From: Stegostoma tigrinum
Taxonomy: Eukaryota
Reading direction: 5' to 3'
NCBI RefSeq assembly: GCF_030684315.1
Contig: NC_081390.1
Coordinates: 12,400,001-12,464,000, forward strand
Length of the DNA stretch: 64,000 bases
Shown here: one piece after another, positions 38,393-52,439 of the stretch
Position numbering within the stretch: position 1 is the stretch's first letter
How the letters are laid out: each line of letters opens with the position of its first letter
Notes under the pieces: model-generated
Told to the model about the DNA's origin: nothing
What the model saw: the letters and a program-made list of their open reading frames with translations, nothing else
Database searches by the model: none
Position numbers and translations under genes: made by a program

Positions 38393-39452
38393 CTCTCTAA
38401 TTGTTCCCTTTTCTAATTTCATTTTATTTCATAATTGATTCACGGAAATTCGTTAAACATATTGTACCAGAACTAGCGGACGGGTTTGGATTAATAACAA
38501 AAGAGAGTGAGAATTACAGACTGAGTGGCTGAGGAGTCCGTATAACTTTGGGGCTAATGCCGAGCGGCTGTTGTAAAAGCATCCCAAAGTCCGCCCAGTT
38601 CGAACATACTCCTCCGGGAGGTGTCCAGTGAAAATGAACGTCAGACGGAAGGCACTTTAGTTCCGGAGATGATGCGCACACCCAGAGCCAACCTGCACTC
38701 TGCAAGGTGACACGAGGAGTTTGGGTGAGATTTGGCCCTTAATAAAGCAAATACATTTTAAAATAAATTCTCGGCGGGTGGTTCTGATACATCGTTTCGA
38801 GTCTTGACTACACAATATTTAACTTTAATTTTCTGCTTTTTAAGCGAAATATAAACCATTCTCTTCAGTTAGAATAACCAGTTATAGTTGATTAATTTAT
38901 AATGTATGTCTTAATCACTAATATTGCAGTTCTGACCGTTTTGAATTTGGTTGATTAAATTATTACTCAAAAAAGAACGTTTATTTTAAAATATGTTTTG
39001 TTTTCTAGCGAGCCACTGATTTATAATTAAGAAGACAGTTGTTGCAAGATAGTTGATAATTCTGTGGTTTTATTTCCCCAATATGATCTGCTAGTCGGAG
39101 GCTGAGTTTTATCATTACATCCCGTGTCCCCTGTTTGGTTCACATCATTGGTATCAAATTTAGCATTTACGCGGATCCCAGCCCAGAGCTGGCACGGTTG
39201 GGGGTGGCTCTCTCTATGTAGTGGACAACACTTTATAACGATTGTTTCCAGAAATTAAGTGATTAGATCATTGTGATCATTTGTAATTTGAAGGATGAGG
39301 TCACTGATTCCAGAAAAAAAATGTTTCGGGCAATACGGAAGAGACTTGCAAAACGTGGGTCAAATGATCGCCTGGCGCTGTGTCCTTATAATGAGTGATG
39401 TTTTATTATTTCATGTTGAAAAATGAAAAAAAATGAAACATGAAATACGATT

Positions 39453-39588
39453 ACAAGGTTTTCTGAAGAAGGGTCTAGGCCCAAAACACCAGCCTTCCTG
39501 TTCCTCTGATGCTGCTTGGCCTGCCGCCTTCATCCAGCTCTACACATTGTCATCTCAGATTCTCCAGCATCTGCTGTTCCTAATATCT
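39453..39588 (+). mobile_element. Penelope-like short repeat, single arm with 13-bp TSD
   Basis: ATGAAATACGATT at 39440-39452 and 39589-39601. The core CTGAAGAAGGGTCTAGGCCCAAAAC has G12 changed to A, consistent with CpG decay. Confidence 0.75.
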
Positions 39589-40904
39589 ATGAAATACGAT
39601 TTCACACTGGGCATCGTGACCAGTCCGCGACCCAAAACAGACCACTTTCCATCGATTTAATATGTTCAAAGTTATTCCAGTTTGGTATGGGCAGCGTTTT
39701 AGTCTCAACAAACTCCCCAGCGTCTGGCCTGCGCTCTTGTTTTCCAAACACGATGCAACAGTCCCATCTAGCGGCAGCCCGCTGTTTCCAATTCAATCCG
39801 CCCTTCAGCAGTTTCAGTCATCAGCAATGTTCAAACTTCACTATATTCCAGCCTTTGCGCATGTGTATTACATTTTTCGAATCCCATATATTTGAACAAT
39901 GTTGTCGCTATTTATATTCATAAATTGTGCGCTGAGCTTAATTTAAGAAAACACTTGCAATAACACTTATGAGCCCAGATTTTCAGGCATGTATTTCATT
40001 TTTGCAAATTTTGTGCTGACTTGGCTCGTACCCGGCCCACCTACTACCACCACATCAGAAAAACTGGGCAATCCACTTGCTACTTACACAAGTTCACACA
40101 ATTCATCACCAATCGTAACTACATTGGTCAAATGCAATGGGGATTTGGTATCGTGGCATCGTCGTAATTGCACTACGTATTGTATTGCAAATTTCTACCA
40201 CCATACGATCATTCGTCAGGGCTGCAGTGACTTCAAGAAATAAAACAATCAGGGAGTGTTTTATCACGAGTCAGGGTTATCAGAAAATGTACGTAAACAT
40301 TGGGCTGGAGCTAAACAATGACACATAGATTGATACAAAGAAAGATAAATACATTGATTAGAACACTGCTTAATTCTACAATATTCTAAAATTAACTATG
40401 TTTCATGGGCAACATTGCTCCCACTTTGTTTTAAATGTTTATAATCCTGTATTTAAATTTTTTTTTACAAATTCCTTTATATCTTGAGGCAAATTACCGC
40501 CTTTAAATCCCAAATGAAGTGATTCTTTTTAAATCTCCCTCTTGATGACACTGACTGATATGGATCGATTGAGAAAAGGGCCATTCTTCGTATGAGGCAG
40601 AGGTGTCAGAATCTAAAAGCTATTGGACTTTGTATCCTCTATCCCAGACATGCCTACTCTTCCCGTCAATGTGTGTGCAACTTCCTGACCGTTTTGTCAG
40701 CCAGGAGTGGGAGCCTTGGCTGACCTTCAGTTGTAGTTCAGAATCAGAATGCCTTTGCCAAGAAAAGCTGGTGGACCATTAGCTAGATTGAAAATAGCAA
40801 ACTCAGAATAGTCAATATTTAGGAGTTTCTTTGTCCTTATGGTGTAGTCCCATTTCAGGAAGCACCAACTCTGGAGTTAAGTATTAAATATGGTAATTGT
40901 GAAA

Positions 40905-41410
40905 GATAGAACATAGGTGCTGGAGGAGGCCATTTGGCCCTTCGAGCCTGCTCCATCATTACTCACGATCATGGCTGCCTGTCCAATTCAATCTTGTTTT
41001 CTCCCCATAACCTTTGATTCCATTAACCCCAAAGTGCTATATCTAATCACCTCTTGAATATATTCAATGTTTTGGCATCAACTGTGGTAATGGATTTCAC
41101 AGGCTAACCACTCTCTGGGTGAAGAAATGGCTCCTCATCTCTGTCCTAAATCATCTACCCCAAATCTTCATACTGTTACCCCTGGTTTTGGACACACCCA
41201 CCATCAGGAACATCATCCCTGTCCAGTACTGTCAGAATTTTATGTTTCTATGAAATCATCCATCATGCACCTGAACTCTAGTGAAAACATCCCAACCTAG
41301 TCAACCTCACCTCATGTCAGACCCACCATCCCCGGAATCAGCCTGGTAAACTGTTGCTGCAATTGAGAGCAAGAGCATCCTTCCTCAGAAAAGGATACCA
41401 AAATTGCCCA
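40905..41410 (-). mobile_element. CR1-type LINE 3' fragment
   Basis: AGAACATAGG..GGAGGCCATTTGGCCCTTCGAGCCTGCTCC tail followed by a degenerate ORF2 end. Confidence 0.75.
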
Positions 41411-41505
41411 CAATCTACTGGACTATCACAAAACCCATTGCTCTTGAGGGAAGGAAATCTGCTGTGCTTGCCCAGTTTAGCCTATAGGTGACTCCAAGCT
41501 GATAG

Positions 41506-41718
41506 AAATAGCAAAGTGTGGAGCTGGAGAAACACGGCAGGACTGGCAGCATCAGAGGAACAGGAAAGCTGGCATTTTGTCAGAAAAATTTTCGGACGAA
41601 AGGTCCTGACCTGAAATGTCAGCTTTCCTGTTCCTCTGATGTTGCCTGGCCTGCTGTGTGTCTCCAATTCCACAATTTGTTATCTCTAACTCTAGTATCT
41701 GCAGTTCTTGCTTGCTAC
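41506..41718. mobile_element. Penelope-like short repeat, inverted pair inserted into a SINE
   Basis: CCAAGCTGATAG is duplicated at 41494-41505 and 41719-41730; inverted arms; degenerate core CGGACGAAAGGTCCTGACCTGAAATGTC. Confidence 0.75.
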
Positions 41719-42839
41719 CCAAGCTGATAGCAACCTGGTTGACTGCTAACCACTCTGTGAAGTTCAAGCAGCTCGCTGTATTTCAGAAAGTGGCTTACCA
41801 CCAAAGTAGGTAATAGATGCTAACCTAGTCAGTAATGCTCACATCCTGAGGGAAGTTAAGAGATGGTTTATGTTTAATATTTGTGACTGTGTTCTATCAC
41901 TGTAAAATCACATTTATCAGCCATTTTAAAATATGGTTCAAAAGAACATTTTATGTCTGTCTCTTCTAGAAAAGAATGGACAGTTCTTGCTGAGGCTACC
42001 ATTGGTACAGCACTATGCCAGTGAGATTCTAATAATAGCACTTGGAATGTGGGTAGGCAGACTAGCTGTAGAGCATGAGGCCCAATTTCCAAGTACCTGA
42101 AATATTAACTTCAATGTCTGGCTGTAGTTCAAACATTGGTTAACACAAAGGAAAATCTCCCAAGATGTAACTTTGGCTTACGATTTAACAGTTTAAATTG
42201 CACAAACTATTGGCCAGATAAAATACTTATAAATATTTTCATGCTATGTATAAGTACAATGTGTAGCTATGTAGTGTGGATTGTGGTGCCACAGATTGTG
42301 TGAAAATACACTGTTCTTTATTCATCTTTCTCTCCTCACCAAGAATTTATCATTACAGATGGAAAGCCTGCACCAACGTTTCCTTATCATTTTGACATGA
42401 ATTAGCAGTATGTACCATGGGCATATGTAGTTCCAAAGAAGGATGAAGACGATAATTCTCATGTTACATTCTCTCACATTCTGTTCAGAAGCTTTGGAAA
42501 TCCACCAGGCTCACAGCTCAGGAAATTTGCAATACTGAGATTATAGTTGGAACCTCAGTCCAGAGAAAAGACCAGGTCAATGTGAAACTTCTTTCAAGAA
42601 TGTCTAAACTTGGATAAGTATAATGATTTTGGCACAAATTATTTAGTTATCTATATTTTAATAATATTGTTTATTTATGCCCTTTATACCCAGGGTGTTC
42701 ACAATTACATTCATAACAAAATTCATGTTATAATGAAGAAATAACTTCAGCCTTAGGTAGCTCAAATGCAGTTTTTGAATTTGTTTTATTCCTGTCAAGT
42801 CTTTCCCCATTGTATACTTCACCTAGTTGATTCAATTAT

Positions 42840-43065
42840 CATAAATAAAAACAAAGTGCTAGAGAAACCCACAAAGTCTGTCAGCATCTACAGACAGCGA
42901 AACGTACTTAAACATTTCGAGACCCATGACACTTCTGAAGAGCCATATTTGATTCAAAATGTTCATTCTATTCTTCTCTCCACAGATGCGGCCAAACCTG
43001 CTGAGTCTCACCAGCACCGTCTGTTTTTATTTCAGATATTCAGGATCCGCAGCAATTTGCTTTAA
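42840..43065. mobile_element. Penelope-like short repeat, degenerate inverted pair
   Basis: Family arms in both orientations around CTTCTGAAGAG. Confidence 0.55.
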
Positions 43066-44629
43066 TTTAATAAGACTATAGGATGTAGGAGCAGAAACAG
43101 GCTATTCAACCCATCAATTCTGCTCCCTTATTCAGTGAAATCATGGCTAATCTGAATCTTCAACTCCATGTTCCTGCCTTTTCATTTGATATGATTACCT
43201 TCTTTATTTCATCCTATAACTAAACGCAAGATAAAATAATTTCCTCACAAATTTGGGCCAGCTGCATATTTTATACATTTGGTGCAAAATATTTTAACTA
43301 TGTCCATATATGTATAACAATATCATTACCACAGTTAGTGCACATTACTTTGTTACAGCTGATCTCTTTGGATTTGACTGTGGCAAGTACCCAGGTTGGG
43401 ATAAACAGAATGCTCAAAATTTGGACTTGCCTATTAATTGAAAATATCCAAATAAAAACAGAATTAAATCAAAGTATTTTGACTCATTTGGTAAAAACAA
43501 ATGAACAAAATGGCAGAAACATTAGCTGTCACCATACTCAATATTTTTCTACAGTAAGAAATCTCAATCATGAGAATCAATGCAATCAAATCACGAGAAA
43601 ATGTTTCGTACCTTTTAGCAATCCAAAAATACAACCAGGAAATCAATATTTAGAATACTGGATATCAATTTAAAAAATACTTGCACTGATATAGCATCTT
43701 TCACAATCATCAGATGGTTCAAAGCACTTGAGAGCTAACAAAGTACAGCAAATTTTGCTTTAACCAGCATCGTAACAACCAACACACTTGATAAACCAGC
43801 AGAAATAATATACCTCAAGTACTGCCATGTCCAAGCATTTATGCTGTAAATAAAGTATAACAGTAACATGTAGACCCCTTTATGTTACTATTACTACTGT
43901 GTGTTTTTACATAGATTGTTTGATAGATGTTGATGTCTCAAAGCTTTGCTTTGTCCAGGCTTACTGCGGTTACATGTATCTCTTGATTATCTGGAATATT
44001 TGATCAGTTGGTGAGCTCCTGGTCTCACAGGTGTCAGTTAATAAAGTGTTTGTTGTACTTTTACAGAGTAGTCACTTTCGTAATGTGGGAACTACAGCAG
44101 CCAATTTGCAAAAAGTATAATTCCACAAAGAACATAATGACCAGATAATCTTTTTTCAAATATTAATTGAGGGGCAAATATTGGTTAAGAGACCAGAGAT
44201 AGTTCCTTCTTTTTCCTCTCACGAATATTATTGTGGGCTCTTTTGAATCTATATTAGAGGCCTACTAGGCCTTAGTTTAACATCTCCTTTGAAAATGTGT
44301 AGTAAAATCTAATCTCAACCTTTTAATTTGAAATATCCCAAAACAAAACCAGTGGAAATGGCTTGGAAACGATGGGCCTCTTAAAAAAAAGTGGAAATGA
44401 AATGCATTTACTTTAGTAGTAATTAATATGTGTTTTCAGAGAACCCTTTAAAAGATAACAACTGTGACCAGCGACCAATAATTTTAGCAGGCTGCCTCTC
44501 AGAGGCTGAGATTCTTCAAATCCATAAGGAGAAATATGACAAAATGTTCTTCCAAGTTCATATTTAGAACTGAAATCTTTTACAGTACAAAGTCGTCCTC
44601 TCCACTGACTAGTTATTTCGAAATACAGA

Positions 44630-44699
44630 TCACTTCTTTTTCCTTGCGTTTTTAAAGCCACGCACTGATCCATGGCCAAAACAAATTGTTGCTGGTACC
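44630..44699 (-). CDS. znf511: ZNF511 exon 6 (terminal coding exon)
   Basis: A strong pyrimidine tract and TAG| acceptor; encodes VPATICFGHGSVRGFKNARKKK-TGA, matching the conserved ZNF511 C-terminal P.TICFG.G..RGF motif. Confidence 0.95.
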
Positions 44700-45449
44700 C
44701 TAAAAAAGAAAAAAAAAGAGCCATTGAGATCAGGAATTTTTCTGTCTTTACTCAGTTACCTCATCTCAACCAAGGCAGCTGTGGTTATGTAAATTGGCTT
44801 CAGTGCTCAGGTTTATGGAGATGGGATAAAATAAATCCAGCCCAGGTTCCACTTCTTTTTGTGATCTCAATTATTCCTTATGTTACGCCCAAGTGTTTTG
44901 ATGCTAGCGGGAAGGACAACATGGTGGGTTCAGTTCTGACACCCCTCACTGTAAATATCTTTCAGTATTCACTAAGTACATACAAAGAACTGCTACTTGA
45001 ATGAGGTCCTGGAGGGCCAACAGCGCCTGTGCAACTGAATTTTAGCAGCTTTGAAAGGGATTGGAGGAAACATGCAGTTGGGTAGGTAAGAAGCTGCACC
45101 ACAGCTGCAAAAATTCTACAACTTCTGGTATTTTATTCCCCCAATGACCTGAAATGTTAACTGTCTCTCGCTATTGAAGTTGCCTAATGGAGTTAAGCCA
45201 GCAGTCTTTTGTTCTTATGTCAGATTTACAGCATTTGAATTATTGTTTTTGTTACAACCGTTACATTTTACATTACGTACAGAGATTTTAAAAAAATCAC
45301 ACATTGACTAACATTGAAACAACAAAATAAGTTGACAGCAATTTACTCTTATTTATTTTAAATAGAGATGATATGATCATATATACTTGATGCTTTAAAA
45401 ATGCTACAACATTCAAAAGTGAAAGTTAAGATGATAGAGTAACAATAAC

Positions 45450-45650
45450 CTGCATGAGAAGGACAGCCTTTGCTGCACTATAGGAATACTGGATTTCTCT
45501 TCTGACAATGAGGGACTGTCAGCTTCCATTGTTTGTGCAGGTGCATAGTCCATTAATTCAGTGGATGTTCTGCTGAAAGTATCATTTGCTTCTTTTTGAC
45601 AACTAGAAGTTTCCATTTCTATGTCATGTGAGCTCTGATTCTTTTGATTG
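45450..45650 (-). CDS. znf511: ZNF511 exon 5 (poorly conserved linker)
   Basis: CCCTGTCCACAG| acceptor; open frame NQKNQSSHDIEMETSSCQKE...LSFSCR; AG|GTTATT donor. Phase 2 to 2 fits both flanking exons. Confidence 0.8.
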
Positions 45651-46829
45651 CTGTGGACAGGGAGGAAAATAACATGTTTATTTTACTGCACTGCCACGGT
45701 GAGGAGCAAAGTAACCACACTACTATTTTCAAAAGAGGGCTATGATTTCAAGTTCATCTTTAGCATTGATTTTTTTAAGTGGGAAAAGAAATAAAGTCTG
45801 CTTGAGACTAAGGCACTTTGTGTCACGTGGCTGATCTGAACTGAGCTGCTTAGAAACATATTGGAGCAGGAGTAGACTATTCTGTTCTTTCACCCTGCAC
45901 CACCATTCTCAATCATGGATAATTGTCTATCACAATGCTATTTTCCCATACTTATTTCCATATATCTTTATGTCATTAGGATCTATAAGTTTCAATCTGT
46001 TCATCTCTCATTCCTTAAATAATCTGTGGTTGCTGCAGGGATGCATTGCTAATCATATCATGAACAGACACGGGGATTTAATTTCCCACTCTAATTGAGC
46101 CAAAAAAGTGAAGGTGTAATAAATACACTTGTATTAGGGCCCTCGTGGTGCAGTGGCTAGGCTTAGGCTTACCAACCGTAAGACATCGGAGCAGTCGCAT
46201 CATTCTATCGCAATCCCTACTCGCGTCCGTACAGCTTGCAGGAACCTCAACTGCTGGGCAACTGCAGGGGTTGAGACTCCTCAATCGTCACCCTACCGGC
46301 CTCACCTGAAGTTATACCTTCCTAACGTTGATCACAGAACAAATCTGAATTTGAATTACCTGGTCTGAAGGTTGTGCCTGCATCCTGGAGCCAAGTGTCC
46401 AACTAATGTTCCCCTTCCCTGACGTGGCTCAATCTCTGCAGCTTCCTTTAGCTACAAACACTTACTACAGATGTGGACCCCAAGGTAATCCAGGGCAAAC
46501 ACATCAACGACGATTATGAGAGATAACTCCAGGTAGGTAATGAATCAGACAGATGGATATTGCGCTCTACTACCAATAACAATGAATAATCACTTGGGTA
46601 CTATCTTGATATATATATTTACATAATGTGTGTTTGTCTGCGACTCAGTTTCTCAAAGATGAGATGCTAATCTCAATATATTCTGAATAATTATTAGAAC
46701 TGTTTCTGTGAGGCAGAAAACTTAGCCTATAAAGGGAATTTTGCTAAGGGGTGACACTGGGTTAATTCAAGCCAAAATTAGTTAGTGCACAGTAAAGCAT
46801 TATTTTCTAAATGCAAAACAAGCATGGAA

Positions 46830-47880
46830 TTGTCTCAGACAAGTCAAGTTTGACTAACTTGAATTGAGTTCTTTGATGAGGTAATGAAGTGGATTGATGA
46901 AGTTGACTGTTGTGCATATGGACTTTTAAAAGGCACTTATTAAGTGCAAAAATTAAAGCCCATGGCATTAAAGTGACAGTAGCAGCATGGTTAAGTGTCA
47001 GAAAGCAGAGTGTAGCCGTGATCAGCAGTCTTTCAGAATGAGGGAAATATTCAATGGTGTTACTCAAGGATTGGTAATAGATCCGCTAACCTTTTTGATA
47101 CAAACACACAGGACTTCCATATAAAATATGCTGATATAAAGCTTAGAAATGTAGCTAATGCTAAGGCATACAAAAGAGCAATAGGAACTGAATGATACAA
47201 TTTTAAAACATTATCAAGGACACCTGAGGTTTTTGTGTATATAAATCTTAGGAGATGGCAGGACAAGGGAAATACGGTGTTTTAAAAAAAATCCCTGACT
47301 TTGCTAATTAATTGTTACAGCAACAGAGTAAATAAAGCAGTGAAACTTTAGCCAGACTGGTTAGGTCACAATTAGTGTATATTGTTCAGTTCTGGGTACT
47401 ATGCAGTACTTTGGGATTTAAGCCAATGCCTAATGCAGGATGCAGCAGTGGTTTTATTAGAGGGCACTAACACTGAGGGTCTTCAGCTCTGTACAGAAAC
47501 TGGGGTTGTCCTTTTTAGAACAGGAAAGGTTTGAAAAGGATGTTCAAAATCATGAATGGTTTTGATAGAGAAAAGGAAGAGAAACTGTTTCCAATGATCG
47601 GTTGTTCATTAACAAGAGAACTCTGATTTCACAGTAATACAAAAATAATCAGACGTGGCATGAGGAATTTTTTTTTCCACAAAATGAGTATCTGTCATCA
47701 GGAATACACTGTCTGGAAAAGGAGAGGCATTAGATTCAATATTAACATTTAAAAAAGGAATTGGATAATTATCTGAATAATAAAAGTGCAAAACATGGAA
47801 TTAATTGGATAATGTTATCAAAATGCTAGTACAGACAAGGTGGGTCAAATGGTCTCAGATTGTGCTATATTACTCTATGA
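46830..47880 (+). mobile_element. Highly degenerate CR1-type LINE (znf511 intron 4)
   Basis: Remnants of CLTNL.EFF / YMDF.KA RT motifs and a 3' end TATTACTCTATGATT. Confidence 0.65.
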
Positions 47881-48130
47881 TTTTATTGCATTTGCTTAAG
47901 CAGTATTAAACTGAAATTTCTTTACCTCAGTTTTTCCAACAAAACTGATTGCTTTCAACTGATTGCTCCGCAGCTAGTATACATTCTAAGATAATAAGCC
48001 ATTGAAGTTCATTGAAGACGATGATATTTAAGAACCACAGGTGTATTATTGAGACGCTATACACATTGTATAGTTTATTAATCCAAACCAGTAAGTTTAA
48101 TGCAAACCCCGCAAAGAACAATTTCTTTAC

Positions 48131-48255
48131 CATTTAGGTTTTTTTGGTTTGTTGAATCTGAAGTCAGATGGATAACCATGAACTTCGATCAAATGCTTCT
48201 TCCGGTCACCAGGAGCCTTGAATTTTTCTTTACAACTCTCTACAAAGCACATATA
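48131..48255 (-). CDS. znf511: ZNF511 exon 4 (third C2H2 finger)
   Basis: TTCCAG|TAT ATG TGC encodes YMCFVESCKEKFKAPGDRKKHLIEVHGYPSDFRFNKPKKPK; donor GTAAAG; 125 nt, phase 0 to 2. Confidence 0.95.
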
Positions 48256-50620
48256 CTGGAAAATCAAAGATAGCATTTCAGTTACAAACAGTGATTTTTC
48301 CAGAAATCCATTATGATGATGTAAGATGGCACGAATTTTGGAGACAAATTTCATACTGCCCTGTGGATTGTGGCATATAAATCCTAGTTTGGGCATTGGT
48401 GGGGGGGGGGGGGGGGGTCATGACTTCCCACACAACCGTAGGAAATCTGCTCAGTATGCCCATATAAATTCTCAAAAGCTTCTCCAGGAAAGGAAATCAA
48501 TCTAACAGACGTCAGTGACCTGATTGGACATTTCATTTGCATTCTTAAAGGTAGAAGATTATAGCCAACTTTGCCTCCTGGCATATCCTGGGCCTCCCTC
48601 CCACTATTGGTGCAGAATGGCAGCACTAATATATTAAACACTGTATAATCCATAGACATTCATGGTCATGAGACACTCTTTCCATTCCCACCCTGGCGCA
48701 ACTGGGGACAGGGTCCTTGACTTAATCGATTAACTTCTGTGCAGAATCTGTCCTTTCGCTGTATGAATCCCTTATTTTAACTGACAAAGTAGTTTTATTT
48801 CCTTACTTATTACATGCCTAATTACCATGAAAATACTGATTACATAAAGAAAGCTTTGGCAGAAATGATCAGAAGGTCAAGTGCTTATTATAGACTTGAG
48901 CACATAATCTAGGTTGACACTTTAGTGCATAACTGAAGGACTATCAGAAATGATGTATATTAATCGAGATACCATTTTTATTTTTAAAAAATTTGATCAT
49001 GGGATGTGGACATCGTAGGCTAAACCAGCAGTTACTGCCCATCCTTAATAGCCCAGAGGACAGTTAAGCATCAAACACATTCCTGTGGGTCTGGAGTCAA
49101 ACCTGGACCAGGCCTGGGAAGGATGGCAGATTTTGTCCCCTAAAAAGGGCATTAGTGAAGCATATCAATTTTTACAACAATCGACAATAGTCTCATAAGT
49201 TGCCATGAGGCTGGCTTTTCACTCCAGAATTTTATTGAATTCAAATCTGATCAGGCACCATGGCTGGATTCGAATCCATGTCCCCATAACATTAGCCTAG
49301 GGTTCTGGATGAGTAGTCTACAGATATTACCACTATGTCATTGCTTTCCCCTTAAGGGCAACAAAATCACATTTGAAAATCACCAACAAGCCAATGCTAA
49401 GATATTACAAAATAAAGGAGAACCCATCATACTGTAGGTGACAACCATCATGGGAAACATTACAGTATGAAAAAGAACAACAATCTCATTATTAGAAAAA
49501 AAATCCAAGTGTCACATGTGGAAAGGTTTTCGGTACCACAGATTAGACAGACCTTAAATCATGCTAATAAAGAAAAGTGCTCCCTCTAGTCAGTAAGGAC
49601 TAGGGGTTGCTGACATTGCTAACTGACTAAAGTTGCTTTCACAATGTTTTTTCAAGTTAAAAACAATGTTTGTTTGCATTGCACAAAGTATGGATCAAAG
49701 GCTGATATCCCATGTTTGAAAAAATCAAGAGATGGACTTACTTACATTCGATGTTCAGCAATTTTTTTGTACATTGGTCATAATTTGTGTTGCAGCCAGG
49801 GTAGCCAAGGTCCTTATAAATTATATTGATTTAGGTAAACCTACCACCACTACTGTCTCTACTCTGCATAGTAGAGATATGAAAAAGCATTGAGTACTAG
49901 CATGCCTTATTCCTGACCCTCCTTAAGAATTGGAGATCTGCTAAGTTGATGTGTAGTACAGTTTGTTACTCTAGCTACATGCAGACGATCTAGAGATTTC
50001 ACAAATATAAATGTCTCCAAAATCCTCTTCAGCAGGTCAAGGTAGTAGTCAGGGCCAAGGGTTCTTTGATAGAATATGAGCCAATAAGGATGTGAATAAT
50101 GCCACAGGAACATTATTGTTCACTTTATTCCCTCATTTAATCTCACATGAAGGATACTATTAATAACCTAGTTTCCTAATGGAATTGCTACAATCTTTGA
50201 CTCTGGTGGCAATTACAAATGCAATCTCTGATGTTAGGGAAGAATAGTAAGACTCCTAAATAGCTCTCACCTCTGAATGCTTGATTCTGATACAATTCTT
50301 TTCCCATAATCTTGCCTTGGCTAATTTGAAAAGATGTAACAGTAATAAAAAGTGTTTGCTCTCATTTTCTCCCACTCAACAGTCACAATGTACCCTGAGT
50401 TGGCAGTATCCAAATGGTTCCTCTTAAGACAGTTCATCATCACTGTATTGCATCAGCAGAAGTTACTGAGATTCCTGCTTAGATCATCCTGCCTTTGTAC
50501 AGAGACAAGTGCACACGGTTCTGCATGGAGTTCAGACAACTCTATACATTACAGCAAATATTGACAGATTTAACACACACCAGTGAAGAACTCAGGATTT
50601 AGAGTTTCATAATCACTTAC

Positions 50621-50822
50621 CATGTTCTGTTTCGCTGCCAAAATTTGGAAAAATGAGTCGTGCCATTCCAGGATGTGAATATCTAGCAGATGACTGGAAG
50701 GAAAAGAGCGCTTGCAGGAGGAACAGACATTGCGGTGAAATGTATTATAATGATGTTCGTAGTTTTCTAAGGCATCAAACAGTTGACTACAACCTGCTAT
50801 TTGGCAACAGAATTCAGAAACC
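50621..50822 (-). CDS. znf511: ZNF511 exon 3 (two C2H2 fingers)
   Basis: Encodes VSEFCCQIAGCSQLFDALENYEHHYNTFHRNVCSSCKRSFPSSHLLDIHILEWHDSFFQILAAKQNM, with CTAG| acceptor and |GTAAGT donor; 202 nt. Confidence 0.96.
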
Positions 50823-50961
50823 CTAGATATTTTTTTAAAAAATGGAAACATAAATATACATAAGTTAGTTCTTCAGAAAAGTAGTAGCGGACAATTAAAA
50901 TGGCTTTGGTGGAATCCAGTTAGTAAAGGGGCAATCCTCAAATGCAAACAGCTTTACTTAC

Positions 50962-51032
50962 TTGGGTCTTTCTGCTTCTTCCACATTTGTTATAGAATTT
51001 TGCAGATATAAATGTCTACAGACATCACCATC
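50962..51032 (-). CDS. znf511: ZNF511 exon 2
   Basis: TTTTAG|GAT GGT GAT... encodes DGDVCRHLYLQNSITNVEEAERP and ends AA|GTAAGT (71 nt, phase 0 to 2). Confidence 0.93.
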
Positions 51033-52302
51033 CTAAAACAATAGGTTAAATTATTTTCAATAAATCATTGGTTTGCGAAGTAGTTAAAAGTTAATCAGTT
51101 ACATACAAACTTCAATTTTTTATTGGTATAAAAGAACCTTCTTGTAGTGGAAGGTAAGCAACAATACATCTAATAGCTAATATTATCAACACTGGGCAAA
51201 CACAGTAATGCACTGAAAAGCCAAGTCCGTGGGACTGTTGGATGAGATAGTAAACCCAAACTAGAGGTAATATAATCAGAAGACACAAAGCTATCAACGG
51301 TTCTACACTATCAGCATCCATTGAAACTTATCACAATGTCTGACTAGCCAAGGACATACTTCCCACGTTTTGACTGCCAGCAAATCATCCAACAAGGCAT
51401 CCCATAGTAATGCTTCTTTTACTATACGCTCATATTGTCAGAATATAATTTAAATTTATTTCCTTTATTACCAAAACCACCATCTCTAACGATCAAAGTG
51501 AATGCAGTCATCAGCTAAAGGTGTCCATGAAATTTAGTTTCTTTACAGCAAGGTCAATTTCAACTCCATTTATTATGTAGGTAATTTAGTTCCAAGGGTA
51601 AGGAAATATACTTGTTGCAGTGTGACAATCCTTTTAGTCGCTACCTAAACGTCAGCTAGGCATCAATGCAAATTAGCTGCATTACGGAGCAGGAAAACTG
51701 ACGTTTCGGGTTGGGACTTTCCTTCAGAAAACCCTTAACAGTTTGGCCGATTTGATTAATGCTGACTGGAAGGTGCTGGGGGCTCAATATAAACTGCACA
51801 TTGTGGTTAAAACAAATACATCGATAAATCTCATGTCCATCACTTTTTAAATACTTGGCTGTTCGCCTGCACGAAGTAAGTAGTTAAGTAAGTAGTGAAC
51901 CTCTAGTGAACCTCTCCACAATTCTAAAGATGCAACTGTTTGGGCCGTTCACCATACCTGATGTTCAAGAGAAAGCTCTCAGAAAGGAAATCTGCAAACG
52001 CTTTGATTATTATCACATTGTTGTTTGCGGGATTTTCCGTTAATTAGCTACTACAATGGCTGCAAAACACTTTGGGATGCTCTGAAATCGTAAAAGGCGC
52101 TACAGAAATACAAGTTTTTACTTATAAAGGAAACACGGCCATCAGCTTACACACAGCAAGTTCTCTCTCTGTCTCACACACACATATATACAGCAACGAG
52201 GGAATGACCTGACCTGTTTAAATGCAACTGAATGGACACCAACATTGCACTCCCCGCCCCAAGGACTCAAGGTTTCAGTTTAATTAACGTGCCGCCACTA
52301 AC

Positions 52303-52439
52303 CTCGAAAAATTCGTCCTCTTTCTGCAGGAAGATCCTCCTGGACCTGAAAGTAAAAGGTGACGGCCCCAGCTCTGACTCGCCAGCCGCCCCATCCCCTC
52401 CGGCTTCAACGAACGCCACCGCCGGCCAGAGTAGCGAGC
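52303..52439 (-). CDS. znf511: Zinc finger protein 511, first coding exon (start codon unresolved)
   Basis: Encodes ...SPFTFRSRRIFLQKEDEFFE|GTTAGT, resembling the human ZNF511 PFRF...HQFFE segment. In-frame TGA TGA lies at 52476-52471 with no in-frame ATG after it, so the 5' boundary is uncertain. Confidence 0.8.
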
